A stretch of DNA of 64,000 nucleotides, from contig CAZFBE010000002.1 of the NCBI GenBank assembly GCA_964517115.1, positions 6,862 through 70,861 on the forward strand, read 5' to 3'. The DNA comes from an uncultured bacterium (lineage in GTDB: Bacteria; UBP7; UBA6624). Position numbers and translations under genes: made by a program. The notes beneath the pieces are model-generated. The model was not told where the DNA came from, searched no databases, and saw only the letters and a list, made by a program, of their open reading frames with translations. Positions 56,901 to 63,615 of the stretch are shown piece by piece; position 1 is the first letter of the stretch, and every line of letters begins with the position of its first letter.

Positions 56901-57372
56901 AGATGTTTCAAAGACGTCAAATCCTGCTTCTCCTGATATGTTTGTTGCGTTCAGCTCCACTAATAAAACACTGACAAAGAAAACAACAGATAGGGGTAGA
57001 AGTTGGGAGAATGTTTCTGCTGTGAATAATAGCGGAACAGCTGCATCTCCGCTTTACTTGAGAGTCAGTGCTGATATTTCTGATGACATACTTGCTGTCG
57101 CTTGGGCAGACACTAGTGTAAATTCAACTGAGAGGGTTACTTTAGGATGTACTGACAACATGAACCCAACTTGGCAACTTAATGATTATTCAATTGGGGA
57201 TCCGATACAGTCACCTAATGTTCAGCATAGTCCAGCTATTGAGATTTTTGGAGATATCATTTTTACACTTTGGTCTGACAACAGGAGAGGTGGCCAGAGC
57301 AGTGAAGAGGTTTTCTTTAGGATATTTGATGGGACTGACTCAATAAATAATCCGACTTCTTGTTATCAGTAG
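44938..57372 (+). CDS. Giant (4144 aa) surface lipoprotein with PKD-like, DPDGD calcium-binding-like and BNR/Asp-box repeats
   Basis: Lipoprotein signal MKKFIKLVFSLIIFSIVFSAC. PKD-like WDFDSDGTND...TLTVTDG, WDWDLNYDG and YEWDFDVVGG. Recurrent SWDPDGD(P/L/S) motifs. Asp-box SIDAGSTW, SDDQGASW and TDRGRSW. One uninterrupted 12.4 kb ORF. Confidence 0.85.
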   Translation: MKKFIKLVFSLIIFSIVFSACSGGGNEDVGSPQFITGALEPGQVDESYNMLLEATGGSGDLDISLYNINDLPSGLEFDPSSSTLFGIPVIGTTVELLFKVTDERGETGETRLVLRINQGPEVTLAPFAYLLDEEGNKVPVGSVDSRCTEENSDTCTFVTDSTTNIDHSVLDLYVEFQETDAEDNVIVEWEQISPSQCRGTVTTNEGQILLQPFYPLTPATNLQDEEGQTISNQYFSHAVWHAPNLDEDSGCAQTDIPVTLRVRMSDDKGGFTEADINLTVNYVAEFNSPATVTSFEWEDEKGTPRNSEIIEPGQSSGGSFNAEDVSDDGSGTSNDNNYVWLAAEFQNGNISESENISLIGWSVNLIGENLPFEGEVEIDEPTNGKVGDTNDPSSGLLCTNEPGQQPVFCGRFRPLVSRDVEGASDQYEISVTAQDIYGGVGSTTWLITVSDSGTSSGGGGGGPAFKNSIPVITGSNPQAQISMEVSETTGANRQVSVTADDNDSDIIRYWWSLDINNSNATPNGCVTDNSLANLWGHDNWSWDPNAGFNSLVQDVNSNDAILSNSVVRNPDLNVQNSILRTLDTVNSSPAISSVGFTFTPGQCAGAVAGTTCVRIDNIQAFGGVQNGVSIPVRISDDAGTEYMDTFITSVSADPDPLNAPAGNLEIAETLEDDYSIMNNARVSIRCALPISVSVADQIAIQGFLDNGNGLSHNSIIDTDVSQDFSRVCGSDDVLGNPLCDWGHFVIVFPDPSETCSPYAEQNWSTDGCYQRAQVTSVDQSTGTLNLDRFLTLDTNDQYQILGCDLGGIFTPSDSGDDCDKSDESIVTVTFSSPNVNNPPQITSGPSISDDPIFEFSTLDASKTTVSVSVEDSDGPGSCALSWTDPCGTMKYYWTDWKGSNNNANTRAYLVQNGTFGSNTVVVQGSCNRHEQYRPVRVSDSSNPLGHETTIESCIESGNFGNQNATVTLATNLDNNYLTSNLAILEHMQWGSYGPSASIESNNGIWAKTGVSGIVWTAPSADLNGVDIWTGETNFRIRVVAVDGTCRYPGILDFPEAQLCDSASASVGVINNVEPSAGLTFEILDENPTNLRVSFDASSSFDLDSGPDALKYMWDFDSDGTNDLTTLNSIYIHTYTENAPFYDATLTVTDGISNDSETVRIQVNQAPEVPKIWIYGVDEDPSNCINTGCEQGQFSNALESFTTMNPISTNPTEFVNPSTGKFIGLGVGICDDDNIQTLEWDLDYDGVSFFADVIQNSFSNIDSSALSVNDTVICDASGEQNFYQWELNSTDGINGLGSQMNFASDYRVAVRVVDEEGATSNLMCLNVYGDVNGAWDAKLCREGDPQSNLEIPLTVGNDEMISGDINENDEYPFLPAEGVDNSHSQGQHNIRFVQTGPDTGILHSIWISSSLDECLGGETQIRYRRGAYDGSDPNNRDINWEEAQNISHEEPSNGIKCGSNAESPNLTVDPGNSDHLIVFFGDDENGDLDVYWIESIDAGSTWSQRNSMPGLGNSDLRASGQGAQTQPVLSIEPTTGSPFDDFWHLSFVEASSGRAKMFHMMSDDQGASWVDGNKYDQRINNAPQVHVRVAAGFDVSVGMATNESGPDLECWVSDYEDDGGFLAPVNQTCEWNANYDTNIQRAGGGFNPSFIENDSCENDSGWGNSASVLSGYSYATTGLKRVGARFTDSHGAVGCGVIWVPVNNNQDRPPVPVMRLRNPSNNNRAIGELDETGNLSVEAQCAWRVGGFGDNNRGSYDPDETSFTCEFVSDWDPATAWTSQNVQTVNCNPNNNPNSGSNCAIDLSYSDWQGFASGDARTRVGLRACSGGPNPGECSPIIWSHLYVDDYENNAPVVLLKIEEDQNEACSLASAGVLNHDLATPSFNVCFDATASFDREDEFVNFSNGSLICDSNSIATSAPIVTDNGDGTGKCTFREVGDYAVKYELTDNNGEVGERTVLISVGYGDDPSSDGYQHDINAGNSDPQAVAIVKPFAESVRNVSEYDNTGNASVYLDGRRSVDADGEVVSWDWDLNYDGITFNVDVSGNELNSSVDLTFGNNVAGANYREGVIALRATDNLGATNIHAVTYRVMPNENEAPQGAISASPFLAGFAPLTVDFNAVAVDTDDATWTDPTDCDGCTYEWDFDVVGGTFTVDATGETENVTFSEEKDYTVGLRITDADGSLSPVITTVIHVGDCPDDGTPCDSVTRNRQPQSYFFISGASGALGTFNPGGSYFVDFDGSRSDDLDGNINEYQPVCNGGTISQWTGVSDSTWRCSYDEAIDGVGIKTVSLTVTDDGGLRDDSGNASTILPADSVLTHTVNLDVYVSDMNQDPMGSIKVTGVYYNHDSLQPVPWNTALSKDADTSMSAGSGIASREIDCNWAWNLPFDNPGLTQESGSCSVAIDGMVNGANLLTVKVSDDEASPSEDVRTVVVWVDELGSGQQRPVALADYTGSLTVGSSSTTHNVEIDLNNSWDPDGDLLSHRINCGAGGGIIDFAVGTCNFPNPAPGAGPVLETVEYSVCDNGTVGGCGFSVEPLIRDHIDLTDFVIVADGVCATGLFADGIGVRVSNQLNPPDSDDRTVEAGGCDPTDPITDIVSNAQINSTTVDIPDGECIAQSFRVGNPIRIEDDNMFGAGPTNTTITNCTPGSPDVLEFADPLLETVQDGDNARVVSLLDTVRVDGGFFGGVMSPAYLVDDGAQIEEIREGNIGSAATAGDNQLQLAAGSCADPELNLIRGRQGLVRENETLTSVFTIDTCGVVGADVITFPEPLRDDYTTNGIIDMNDNLDIEYLTFEIWNNRPPVVVAHEENTDWVVPVGGTTSWHSRSQDEGDPLYLSWDPDGDSLQYAWECDSVGAGNTSAQDCQFDTVGRPAVSLVVSDGDLSGQDNHNIARATNTTPMPIVYIDPQTDFLPVVDSLMTSNNVVLVGGSTMDLEGQLSNPPWSTTFQWDCGDGNGLNTSPPFSPGPFNYDLCSYPASNTPTIPHSVSPIELIVNDPHVSPGCTSYFCLPGSTSLGVIPVRNMLNRAPRAAISGPENWDSNTNPNNPWEEDHLNWVGTFDVSVSSAPNFNGTFSVPLSAHNSIDPDDQALTYSWDCGNGSPVVNTPVHTCVYQDDAVASDVRDGLTDLGNDGTGDMWTVTLTVTDSMGVSDTDTASVRVVEQLSPQSGIFQSDANGQNNYWVADSDPGIADLKRPDLELLDVFADGTYLFPKPLTPFGGENPGGCPFEELPNCDSANTLFDSVVHLDASRSLDPYGRNIFVQIDCDWVDSNDFATFSPDMSGSTFDALAPAWFEHVCRDQVSGPALWNGTDSPNSGDSSTYTVSRNVSVRVCETASTTACAASAREDISSFDMTLWRNRVPLAHITIQDDVFSGDNSRNVDYTARSSWDPDGDPVLFGQGAGTIDKDGLANWSGITPDICPDGGTFCDDKDQVPQWVCDDGGSWPYQTGFGNNKVVWDVDQGHRIGSGSSLGEQGVNGEDSFRCLVSGQGVTFRPTLYVSDGDPSDEGYSLESCIEYSDSGSPFASTLDNHVCANGNPIHLGGVGNGLTVNNPPSAWIIQQTKGDLFGITPFQVSLSADHYDPDGDPLSNNFNSATGFEWDYHYSRSWYWGGNNDDVLNVNDFNYQDDTVSDFDIDSAGVWNFAVRATTEGTHTALVQSDGSGANCFDEDLGDVYPCDTSMMDLPQVVWDNILGLVGGIASSQDCKWGVQDPLDLLLYGDGGMFLLKDEDAAMYNIGQSVEIFGGPFNQTFLAGSVCDIVDIPSGWNGLDGDLSRVYINWNGFLFQQLPIGETFIRNTDNTLTGTEEIKTFTVTTDGYVGNLQIPTRHAQSGNILSNGASAGANNDTQNDFHAAAFGEWDGWTIIDSEDQRPDSTVMESSDFDDNNQVFGQYSLFFDSSPPNNPQHTVMFNRFVHTSDDAAISGSFGGWFNMNYEDQLVGTSQAGSNISVLDSFGFGLAIDSAACSPSAIEGVCRNVTTLETGLYPSLADVSKTSNPASPDMFVAFSSTNKTLTKKTTDRGRSWENVSAVNNSGTAASPLYLRVSADISDDILAVAWADTSVNSTERVTLGCTDNMNPTWQLNDYSIGDPIQSPNVQHSPAIEIFGDIIFTLWSDNRRGGQSSEEVFFRIFDGTDSINNPTSCYQ

Positions 57373-57387
57373 TTTTGAGAGGGGCAA

Positions 57388-57420
57388 CAAGGAATGCAGA
57401 AAGTGCATTCCTTGTTTGTC
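57388..57420. terminator. Bidirectional intrinsic terminator hairpin between the convergent giant gene and gpsA
   Basis: Perfect inverted repeat caaggaatgca-gaaag-tgcattccttg (11-bp stem, 5-nt loop), followed by tttgtcc. Confidence 0.6.
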
Positions 57421-57424
57421 CTAT

Positions 57425-58405
57425 TTAATCTATTTCTTTTTTCTTTGAGGGTCTTTTTAAGAGTGTCTTTACAACATCTTTAACTGTCTTCTTTTTGTAG
57501 ATAACATCATTTATAGCACAAGCCAGGGGAACGTCTATATTTTTTTCATTTGAAAGATTTATAAGTCCATTCAAGGTTCTTATCCCTTCACTTTCTCCTG
57601 TTAGGTTCTTAAGAGAATCTTCAAGAGAAATGCCTTTTGCAATTTGGTTTCCAAGTTGCCAATTCTTGCTGTCGCTTCCTGTTGCTGTAAGTATAAGATC
57701 GCCTAGCCCAGCCAAACCCCAAAGAGTTTTTTTGTCTGTTTCAAAATAATCAAAAACTCTTGAAGTTTCAACCAGTGCTCTTGAAATCATTGCAGCTCTT
57801 GCATTCTTTCCAAGATTGGCACCATCAACCATCCCAGAGCCTATAGCATATACATTCTTAAGAACACCCCCAAGGCTCACACCCAAGATATCGTCAGAGT
57901 AATAAGTTCTCAAAGAGCTGTTTTTTAAAACTTCTTCGATCTTTTTTGGCCTCTTTTCTCCGGCAATCACTGTTGCTGCTGGAAGTCCATGAATTATTTC
58001 GGTAGCAAAATTCGGTCCTGAGAGTACATAAATATTATTTTTCAAATTTTCATTTAACCAGTTTCCTATAGGGTTGAATCCTTTTGGAGCCAAACCTTTT
58101 GACAAAACAAGAATATCAACACCTGAATAGTGTCTTAAGAAATCTTCGGTAATCCACTCTTTTGTAAATTTTGTTGGAACTGACCAAACTAAAAAATCAG
58201 GAATTTCTGAAATTTCATTTTTGTTTATTGCTGTAATTTTATTATTTAATTTTTTCCCCTCGAACAATGGGTGAATTTTTTCTTGATTGAATTTTTTTTC
58301 ATCTTCATGGTCTGTTGTCAATATCGTGACTTTAGCATTTTGACTTGCAAGAAGATTTGAAAATGAAATTCCCCAAGAACCGAACCCAGCTACATGAATC
58401 TTCAT
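57425..58405 (-). CDS. gpsA: NAD(P)H-dependent glycerol-3-phosphate dehydrogenase
   Basis: 326 aa. MKIHVAGFGSWG Rossmann fold, GLKNVYAIGSGM. Confidence 0.85.
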   Translation of the reverse strand: MKIHVAGFGSWGISFSNLLASQNAKVTILTTDHEDEKKFNQEKIHPLFEGKKLNNKITAINKNEISEIPDFLVWSVPTKFTKEWITEDFLRHYSGVDILVLSKGLAPKGFNPIGNWLNENLKNNIYVLSGPNFATEIIHGLPAATVIAGEKRPKKIEEVLKNSSLRTYYSDDILGVSLGGVLKNVYAIGSGMVDGANLGKNARAAMISRALVETSRVFDYFETDKKTLWGLAGLGDLILTATGSDSKNWQLGNQIAKGISLEDSLKNLTGESEGIRTLNGLINLSNEKNIDVPLACAINDVIYKKKTVKDVVKTLLKRPSKKKEID

Positions 58406-59079
58406 TTGATTTTACTTTCAGTTCCTTTTTTCAATCTTGTTAAATTTTCTCTATGCAAAAACACAACCAAAATGATTATAGGTAATGTTTGAAGCAAAAT
58501 GTGAGGTATATTTTCATCAAGATTAATAAAGTAATTTCCACTTTTATGAATAATTTTTAAGTTATTTTTTAAATAAAGGTATGAGCTTAATGGAAGCAAG
58601 CATGTTGAAATGATAGATCCAAGTGAAACAAATTTGGATTTTTTTATGGTTATTAAATAAAAAGAAAGACAAATTAGCATGTATTCAAAATTAAAAAATA
58701 TAAATGAACCAAATGTTGTAGCAACACCTTTCCCACCTTTCCAATTCATAAAGGGAGAAAAAGCATGTCCTAAAACTGCAAAAAGAGGAAGTAGGCATAT
58801 TGCAATATTTATATTGTTTTCATTTTGAAATCCAGATGAAAGCATGTTGTAAGAAATCAAAACTCCAAGGTATCCTTTTAGCATGTCAAGTAAAAGTGTC
58901 ATATAGCCATACTTTGAGCCAAATGTTCTTCCAACATTTGTTGATCCAATGTTTTTGGAGCCATGCTTTCTTATATCTTTTTTGAATAATATTTTCACCA
59001 AAATATATCCTGAAGGTATTGACCCAAAAATAAAAGGTATCAGAAAAAAGGTCCAAAAAGTCGAAAGGAAGTTTTCCAT
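58402..59079 (-). CDS. plsY: Glycerol-3-phosphate acyltransferase PlsY
   Basis: 225 aa multi-TM protein. KHGSKNIGSTNVGRTFG resembles the PlsY GSGNxGATN motif. Confidence 0.75.
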   Translation of the reverse strand: MENFLSTFWTFFLIPFIFGSIPSGYILVKILFKKDIRKHGSKNIGSTNVGRTFGSKYGYMTLLLDMLKGYLGVLISYNMLSSGFQNENNINIAICLLPLFAVLGHAFSPFMNWKGGKGVATTFGSFIFFNFEYMLICLSFYLITIKKSKFVSLGSIISTCLLPLSSYLYLKNNLKIIHKSGNYFINLDENIPHILLQTLPIIILVVFLHRENLTRLKKGTESKIK

Positions 59080-59121
59080 TGTGTTTAATATTAATTTAAA
59101 TCTTCTAGAATTTGTTATTAG

Positions 59122-60186
59122 ATGTTTAGTAAAGTTAAAAAAATAATCAAAGATTCGAATTTAGACTGCATTCTCATCTCAGACCCTGTTCATCTTTCGT
59201 GGTTTTCGGGATTTTTAGGATCAACTGGAATTTTGATTATCACTGAAAAAGGATGTGTTTTAGGTGTCGATTTTAGATATCATGAAATAGCTCAAGAATT
59301 TAAAAAAGATTATCTTGATGTTTATTGTTGTTCAGAAAAGAATTTACTAAAAAGCACTTTTAGACATCTCTTTGGAAAAGATGAAAAGAGGATTGGGTAC
59401 CTGTCTTCAAGAAATACTGAAAAGCAAAAATTGTTATTGGATAAAAACACAAACGGAGAACTGGTTCCCATTGATGAAGCTGTTGATTTTGCAAGATCAA
59501 TAAAAACAGAAGAGGAATTGGAGGGAATTAAAGAAAGTGCGAAATTGAATGCGGCTTTGTTCAACTATATAAAAACAATCATTCATCCAGGACTTTCAGA
59601 AAGAGATTTAGCTTCTGAGATTATTAAATATGCAATAAAAAATGGTGCTGAAAAAATGGCTTTTGATCCGATAGTTGCATCTGGACCTTATTCATCGAGG
59701 CCCCATGCTTCTTTTACAGACAAGATTCTTCAGCCTGGAGAGCCTTTGACTTTGGATTTGGGAGTTTGTTTGGATGGTTGGATGAGTGACATGACTAGAA
59801 CATGGCTTGTTCCCGGGAAAAAACCAAAAAAAGAGTTTTTAGAGATATTTGAAATTACGAATAGTGCAAAAAAAGAAGCAGAAGGCATTCTGAAAGAATC
59901 GGTTTCCGGACATGAGCTTGATGAAAGTGCAAGGAAGATTATTAGAGATTCTGGATATGGAGAATATTTTGGACATTCTTTAGGGCACGGAGTTGGAAGG
60001 GAGGTTCATGAATCTCCAGGATTATTTCAAGGTTCAAAAAACATAATGATGAAAAATATGGTTGTTACTATAGAGCCAGGGATTTATATAAAAAACAAAT
60101 ATGGAGTAAGAATAGAAGATTCTTATATTGTTGGTAAAAATAAATCGAAAAATTTGGGTATAGATGTTGTTTCTGATTTTTTCTAA
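59122..60186 (+). CDS. M24-family Xaa-Pro aminopeptidase/dipeptidase
   Basis: 354 aa. HSLGHGVGREVHESP and the pita-bread metal ligands are present. Confidence 0.8.
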   Translation: MFSKVKKIIKDSNLDCILISDPVHLSWFSGFLGSTGILIITEKGCVLGVDFRYHEIAQEFKKDYLDVYCCSEKNLLKSTFRHLFGKDEKRIGYLSSRNTEKQKLLLDKNTNGELVPIDEAVDFARSIKTEEELEGIKESAKLNAALFNYIKTIIHPGLSERDLASEIIKYAIKNGAEKMAFDPIVASGPYSSRPHASFTDKILQPGEPLTLDLGVCLDGWMSDMTRTWLVPGKKPKKEFLEIFEITNSAKKEAEGILKESVSGHELDESARKIIRDSGYGEYFGHSLGHGVGREVHESPGLFQGSKNIMMKNMVVTIEPGIYIKNKYGVRIEDSYIVGKNKSKNLGIDVVSDFF

Positions 60187-60203
60187 AATATAATACATCT
60201 TCT

Positions 60204-60527
60204 ATGTTGGGGGGAATTCGAAGAAAGTTCATTATTGAGTACAGGAGGCTTTCGGAGCTTCAAGATTTTCAGTTTTCTGGTGTCATACATGAGGAGGATG
60301 GGAAGTTGCTCTTTAAGCACAGGGATATTTTTTCAAACATGTCAAAGAAAGAGTTGGAGAAGGGGTCTCTTAAATCTTTAGATGATGTAGTTAGAAAAAA
60401 ATTTGGTCCTTTGGTTAACAGAACCACGGCAATTGCAAGTGTCGGATCTTTGGATGAGATTTTCAATCAGTATTTGGCAGTAGCTTTACTGAGAGAAAAG
60501 AAGAGCAGAATTTCAAACCGTAAGTGA
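60204..60527 (+). CDS. Hypothetical protein (107 aa), ATGA-coupled to the lyase gene
   Basis: Intact ORF. No motif recognised. Confidence 0.35.
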   Translation: MLGGIRRKFIIEYRRLSELQDFQFSGVIHEEDGKLLFKHRDIFSNMSKKELEKGSLKSLDDVVRKKFGPLVNRTTAIASVGSLDEIFNQYLAVALLREKKSRISNRK

Positions 60528-61894
60528 TTTTTGACAATCCTTCACCATGGAAAATAAAGGCAATAGAGCCTATTCCAAATCCATCTCCAGAAGAAAGGTT
60601 AAAAGCTCTTTCTGCTTCAGGTTACAACCTTTTCAATGTTTCTTCTTCACTTGTGACAATAGATCTTTTGACTGACTCTGGAACAGGTGCAATGAGTCAA
60701 GGGCAATGGAGTGCTATTCTTTCCGGAGATGAATCCTATGCAGGAAGCCAGTCTTTTTATTCGCTGAAAAAAAGCGTTAAGGACTTGTTTGGATACAAAG
60801 TTGTTATTCCGACACACCAAGGGAGGGCTGCAGAGGATATATTATTTTCAGCATTTGGAAACAAGGGGAAGGGGGTTGTTAGCAATCACCTTTTTGACAC
60901 CACTACAGCCCATGCTTTGGAAGTTGGAATGAAGGTCTTTTCTTGCCTTGATAAAAAAGATAAAGTTTTTGGCGGTAATTTTGATTTAGCCTTGTTGGAA
61001 AAGTATCTCAAAGAAGAAGAGGTTGAGTTGATAGTTGCTACTGTTACTTGTAATAGTGCTGGAGGGCTTCCTGTGAGTTTAAAAAACCTTCGTGCAGTAA
61101 AAAAAATCGCTGATTCTCATTCTGTAAAAATTTGGATTGACATGGCTCGTATTGCTGAAAATAGCTATTTCCAATATCTGAATGGAGAAGGAAAAAGCCC
61201 GAAAGCATGCGCACTTGAAACATGTTCCTTGAGCGATGGAGGATGGATGAGTTCAAAGAAGGATGGCCTTGTGAATATTGGGGGGTTCATTGCTCTTAAG
61301 GATAAAAAAAATAAAGAAAAATATGAACGCTTAGTTGAGTTAGAAATTTTAAAAGAGGGGTTTATCACCTATGGAGGATTAGCAGGAAGAGATATGAATG
61401 CTTTATCTGTGGGCTTGGGAGAAGCGCTTGATGAGAGGTATCTGAAACACAGGATCAATGAAATCAAGTTTCTTCATACTCAACTTGAAGAGGTTGGAGT
61501 TCCATGTGTGGACCCTGGAGGGCATGCAGTTTATATTGATGCTGGAAAATGGCTTCCTCATCTAAAAAGCGAAGATTTTCCAGCACAGTCTCTTGCTTTA
61601 GCTCTTTATCTTGTAGGAGGCATAAGGACATCTGAAATAGGAAGTTTGTGTGCTGGTAGAGATAATGATGGTAAGCAAATATCTTGTCCCGGAGAGTACT
61701 TGCGATTAGCAATTCCTCGAAGAACTTATACAAGTGACCATTTTATGTACATAAAAAGAGCTTTTGAAATTATTTCTAAAAACAAAGACTCTTTACCTAA
61801 GTTAAAATTTCAAAAGGAGGCAAAGAAGTTAAGACATTTTCAGTCAATCTTTGAAGATTTTTCATGGACACCGTCAAAGTATCTAAATTTATAA
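60524..61894 (+). CDS. Tryptophanase/tyrosine phenol-lyase family (beta-eliminating lyase)
   Basis: 456 aa. N-terminal PWKIKAIEPIP..ERLKAL..YNLFNV. The PLP-lysine region reads SSKKDGLVNIGGFIAL. Confidence 0.8.
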   Translation: MIFDNPSPWKIKAIEPIPNPSPEERLKALSASGYNLFNVSSSLVTIDLLTDSGTGAMSQGQWSAILSGDESYAGSQSFYSLKKSVKDLFGYKVVIPTHQGRAAEDILFSAFGNKGKGVVSNHLFDTTTAHALEVGMKVFSCLDKKDKVFGGNFDLALLEKYLKEEEVELIVATVTCNSAGGLPVSLKNLRAVKKIADSHSVKIWIDMARIAENSYFQYLNGEGKSPKACALETCSLSDGGWMSSKKDGLVNIGGFIALKDKKNKEKYERLVELEILKEGFITYGGLAGRDMNALSVGLGEALDERYLKHRINEIKFLHTQLEEVGVPCVDPGGHAVYIDAGKWLPHLKSEDFPAQSLALALYLVGGIRTSEIGSLCAGRDNDGKQISCPGEYLRLAIPRRTYTSDHFMYIKRAFEIISKNKDSLPKLKFQKEAKKLRHFQSIFEDFSWTPSKYLNL

Positions 61895-62334
61895 GTTGTA
61901 GTTCTTCAGAAGCTTTAACCCTAGCAATGAATCCAGAGTTGATAGCTGAAGAAATGCCCGGAATCAAATCGGTTAATATTTTAAAGAAGGAAAAGATAGA
62001 TGGTTGTTCCGTGCAGACTGTTTCATGGAAGGGAATTCTTGAAGCAGGGCCAATAAAAAAAGACTTAAATTGGATTGAAGAGGATATTTGGAACCTAGAT
62101 TCAAAAATTTGTGAATTTTCTCAGATAGAAGGTTCTTTTAAAGTTTATAGAGGTTCTTGGATTTTTGAAGATTCTGATAATGGTTGTGAATCTTCTATGA
62201 TTCTTGAATATGATGCTGGAGTCCCCTTGGTAGGCCCCCTTATAGACAAACTGATCAAAAAGGTAGTTATTGAAAATTTAGAAGCTCTCTTGAATGCCCT
62301 TGCTCAAGTTGCTGAAAAAAATGAAAGAAACTGA
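61864..62334 (+). CDS. SRPBCC/polyketide-cyclase-like (RatA-like) protein
   Basis: 156 aa. Length and hydrophobic-pocket pattern fit. Weak call. Confidence 0.4.
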   Translation: MDTVKVSKFISCSSSEALTLAMNPELIAEEMPGIKSVNILKKEKIDGCSVQTVSWKGILEAGPIKKDLNWIEEDIWNLDSKICEFSQIEGSFKVYRGSWIFEDSDNGCESSMILEYDAGVPLVGPLIDKLIKKVVIENLEALLNALAQVAEKNERN

Positions 62335-63217
62335 AGTAGTCAGGTTAATCAAAAAAAAATTTCCATTAACTGGAGATGATTCTTATTGGGAAAAAGGAGG
62401 AATTGCAATTTCTGTCGATTCCTCAATACAAGGAAGACATTTTCTTTTAGATAGAAAGAACTGGGTCGAAGAGGGTGTTTGGAATGCTGTTGCAGGTTCT
62501 ATAACGGATGTAGCTGCCGTTGGATCCAGGCCTGAAATGATATTGACATCTTTTTGTTTTCCTGCTGGGATCAACGATTCAGTTATAAAAAGAGCCTTAG
62601 ATTCCCTTGAGGAGGTTGCAGATTTTTTTTCACTAAAAGTTGTTGGAGGAGACTTGTCAAGGACATCTAAAGATATTGTTTTTTCCGTTACTGTGGTTGG
62701 ATTCAATGCTATTGGACCCGGTCTGTCAGGGGCAAAAGATGGGGATTTGATAGGCGTTACAGGGTATCCTGGAAAAAGGCCGTTGGGATGGTATCTTGCA
62801 ATAAATAAAATTTCAGAAAGGGAGAACCTTGTTGAGGAGGCTTTGAAGCCAAGACCAAATGTAAGTTTCCCATTAAAGATTGCAAAAATTGTTTCTTCAA
62901 TGACAGACATAACTGATGGTCTGGGATTTGATCTTATGAACATATGTAAGAACTCAAGTGTAAATCCAAATATTTTTAAAGAAATACCGTCTTCTTCCCT
63001 TATGAAAAAAGTATTTCTGGATTTAAATTTAAGTAGTGAAAATTTTTATAAACAGGGTGGGGATTATGAGTATCTTTTTACTTTTGACGAAAAACATGAG
63101 AGGGAGATAAAGGATATTTCAATAAAGGAGAAATTGCTTTTTTCTGTTATTGGAAAAATTGAGAATGGAACTATTCCAGCATGGTATGGAAAAGGAAGCG
63201 AGATAATTTGGCCTTAG
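62294..63217 (+). CDS. thiL: Thiamine-monophosphate kinase (AIR-synthase-related family)
   Basis: 307 aa with an N-terminal GDDSY region and the PurM-like fold pattern. Confidence 0.55.
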   Translation: MPLLKLLKKMKETEVVRLIKKKFPLTGDDSYWEKGGIAISVDSSIQGRHFLLDRKNWVEEGVWNAVAGSITDVAAVGSRPEMILTSFCFPAGINDSVIKRALDSLEEVADFFSLKVVGGDLSRTSKDIVFSVTVVGFNAIGPGLSGAKDGDLIGVTGYPGKRPLGWYLAINKISERENLVEEALKPRPNVSFPLKIAKIVSSMTDITDGLGFDLMNICKNSSVNPNIFKEIPSSSLMKKVFLDLNLSSENFYKQGGDYEYLFTFDEKHEREIKDISIKEKLLFSVIGKIENGTIPAWYGKGSEIIWP

Positions 63218-63615
63218 TTAGCAAAAGTGTTCAAGAAACTCATGATATAGCAAAGAGTATTTCAAAAAAATTAAAAAGAGGAGATATTGTTTTTTTAGAA
63301 GGTGAACTTGGTGTTGGAAAAACAGAAATGGTTAAGGGTTTTGTTAAGTCTTTGGACGGAAGGCCAGAAGACGTCCAATCCCCTACTTATTTATCTGCTT
63401 TGAATTATTTAACAAAAAAAGGACCAGTAATCCATATTGACTTTTATAAGTATCAAAAAAATACGAATTTTTTTAAATCTTTTATTTCGGAATTTTTAGA
63501 AGAAGATCCGTATTTGATTTTTGTTGAATGGGGAAAAGGCTTGGGTGAAGGGTTTTTGAGGATAAGAATTGAGGAAAAAAATAAAAAAAGATACATCACT
63601 GTTTTTCAAAAATGA
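63181..63615 (+). CDS. tsaE: tRNA threonylcarbamoyladenosine biosynthesis protein TsaE
   Basis: 144 aa. LEGELGVGKTEMVKG P-loop. Confidence 0.8.
   Translation: MVWKRKRDNLALVSKSVQETHDIAKSISKKLKRGDIVFLEGELGVGKTEMVKGFVKSLDGRPEDVQSPTYLSALNYLTKKGPVIHIDFYKYQKNTNFFKSFISEFLEEDPYLIFVEWGKGLGEGFLRIRIEEKNKKRYITVFQK

Noticed and set aside
62383-62943. Minus-strand 186-aa ORF
   Set aside because: Antisense to the thiL-like gene. No motifs.
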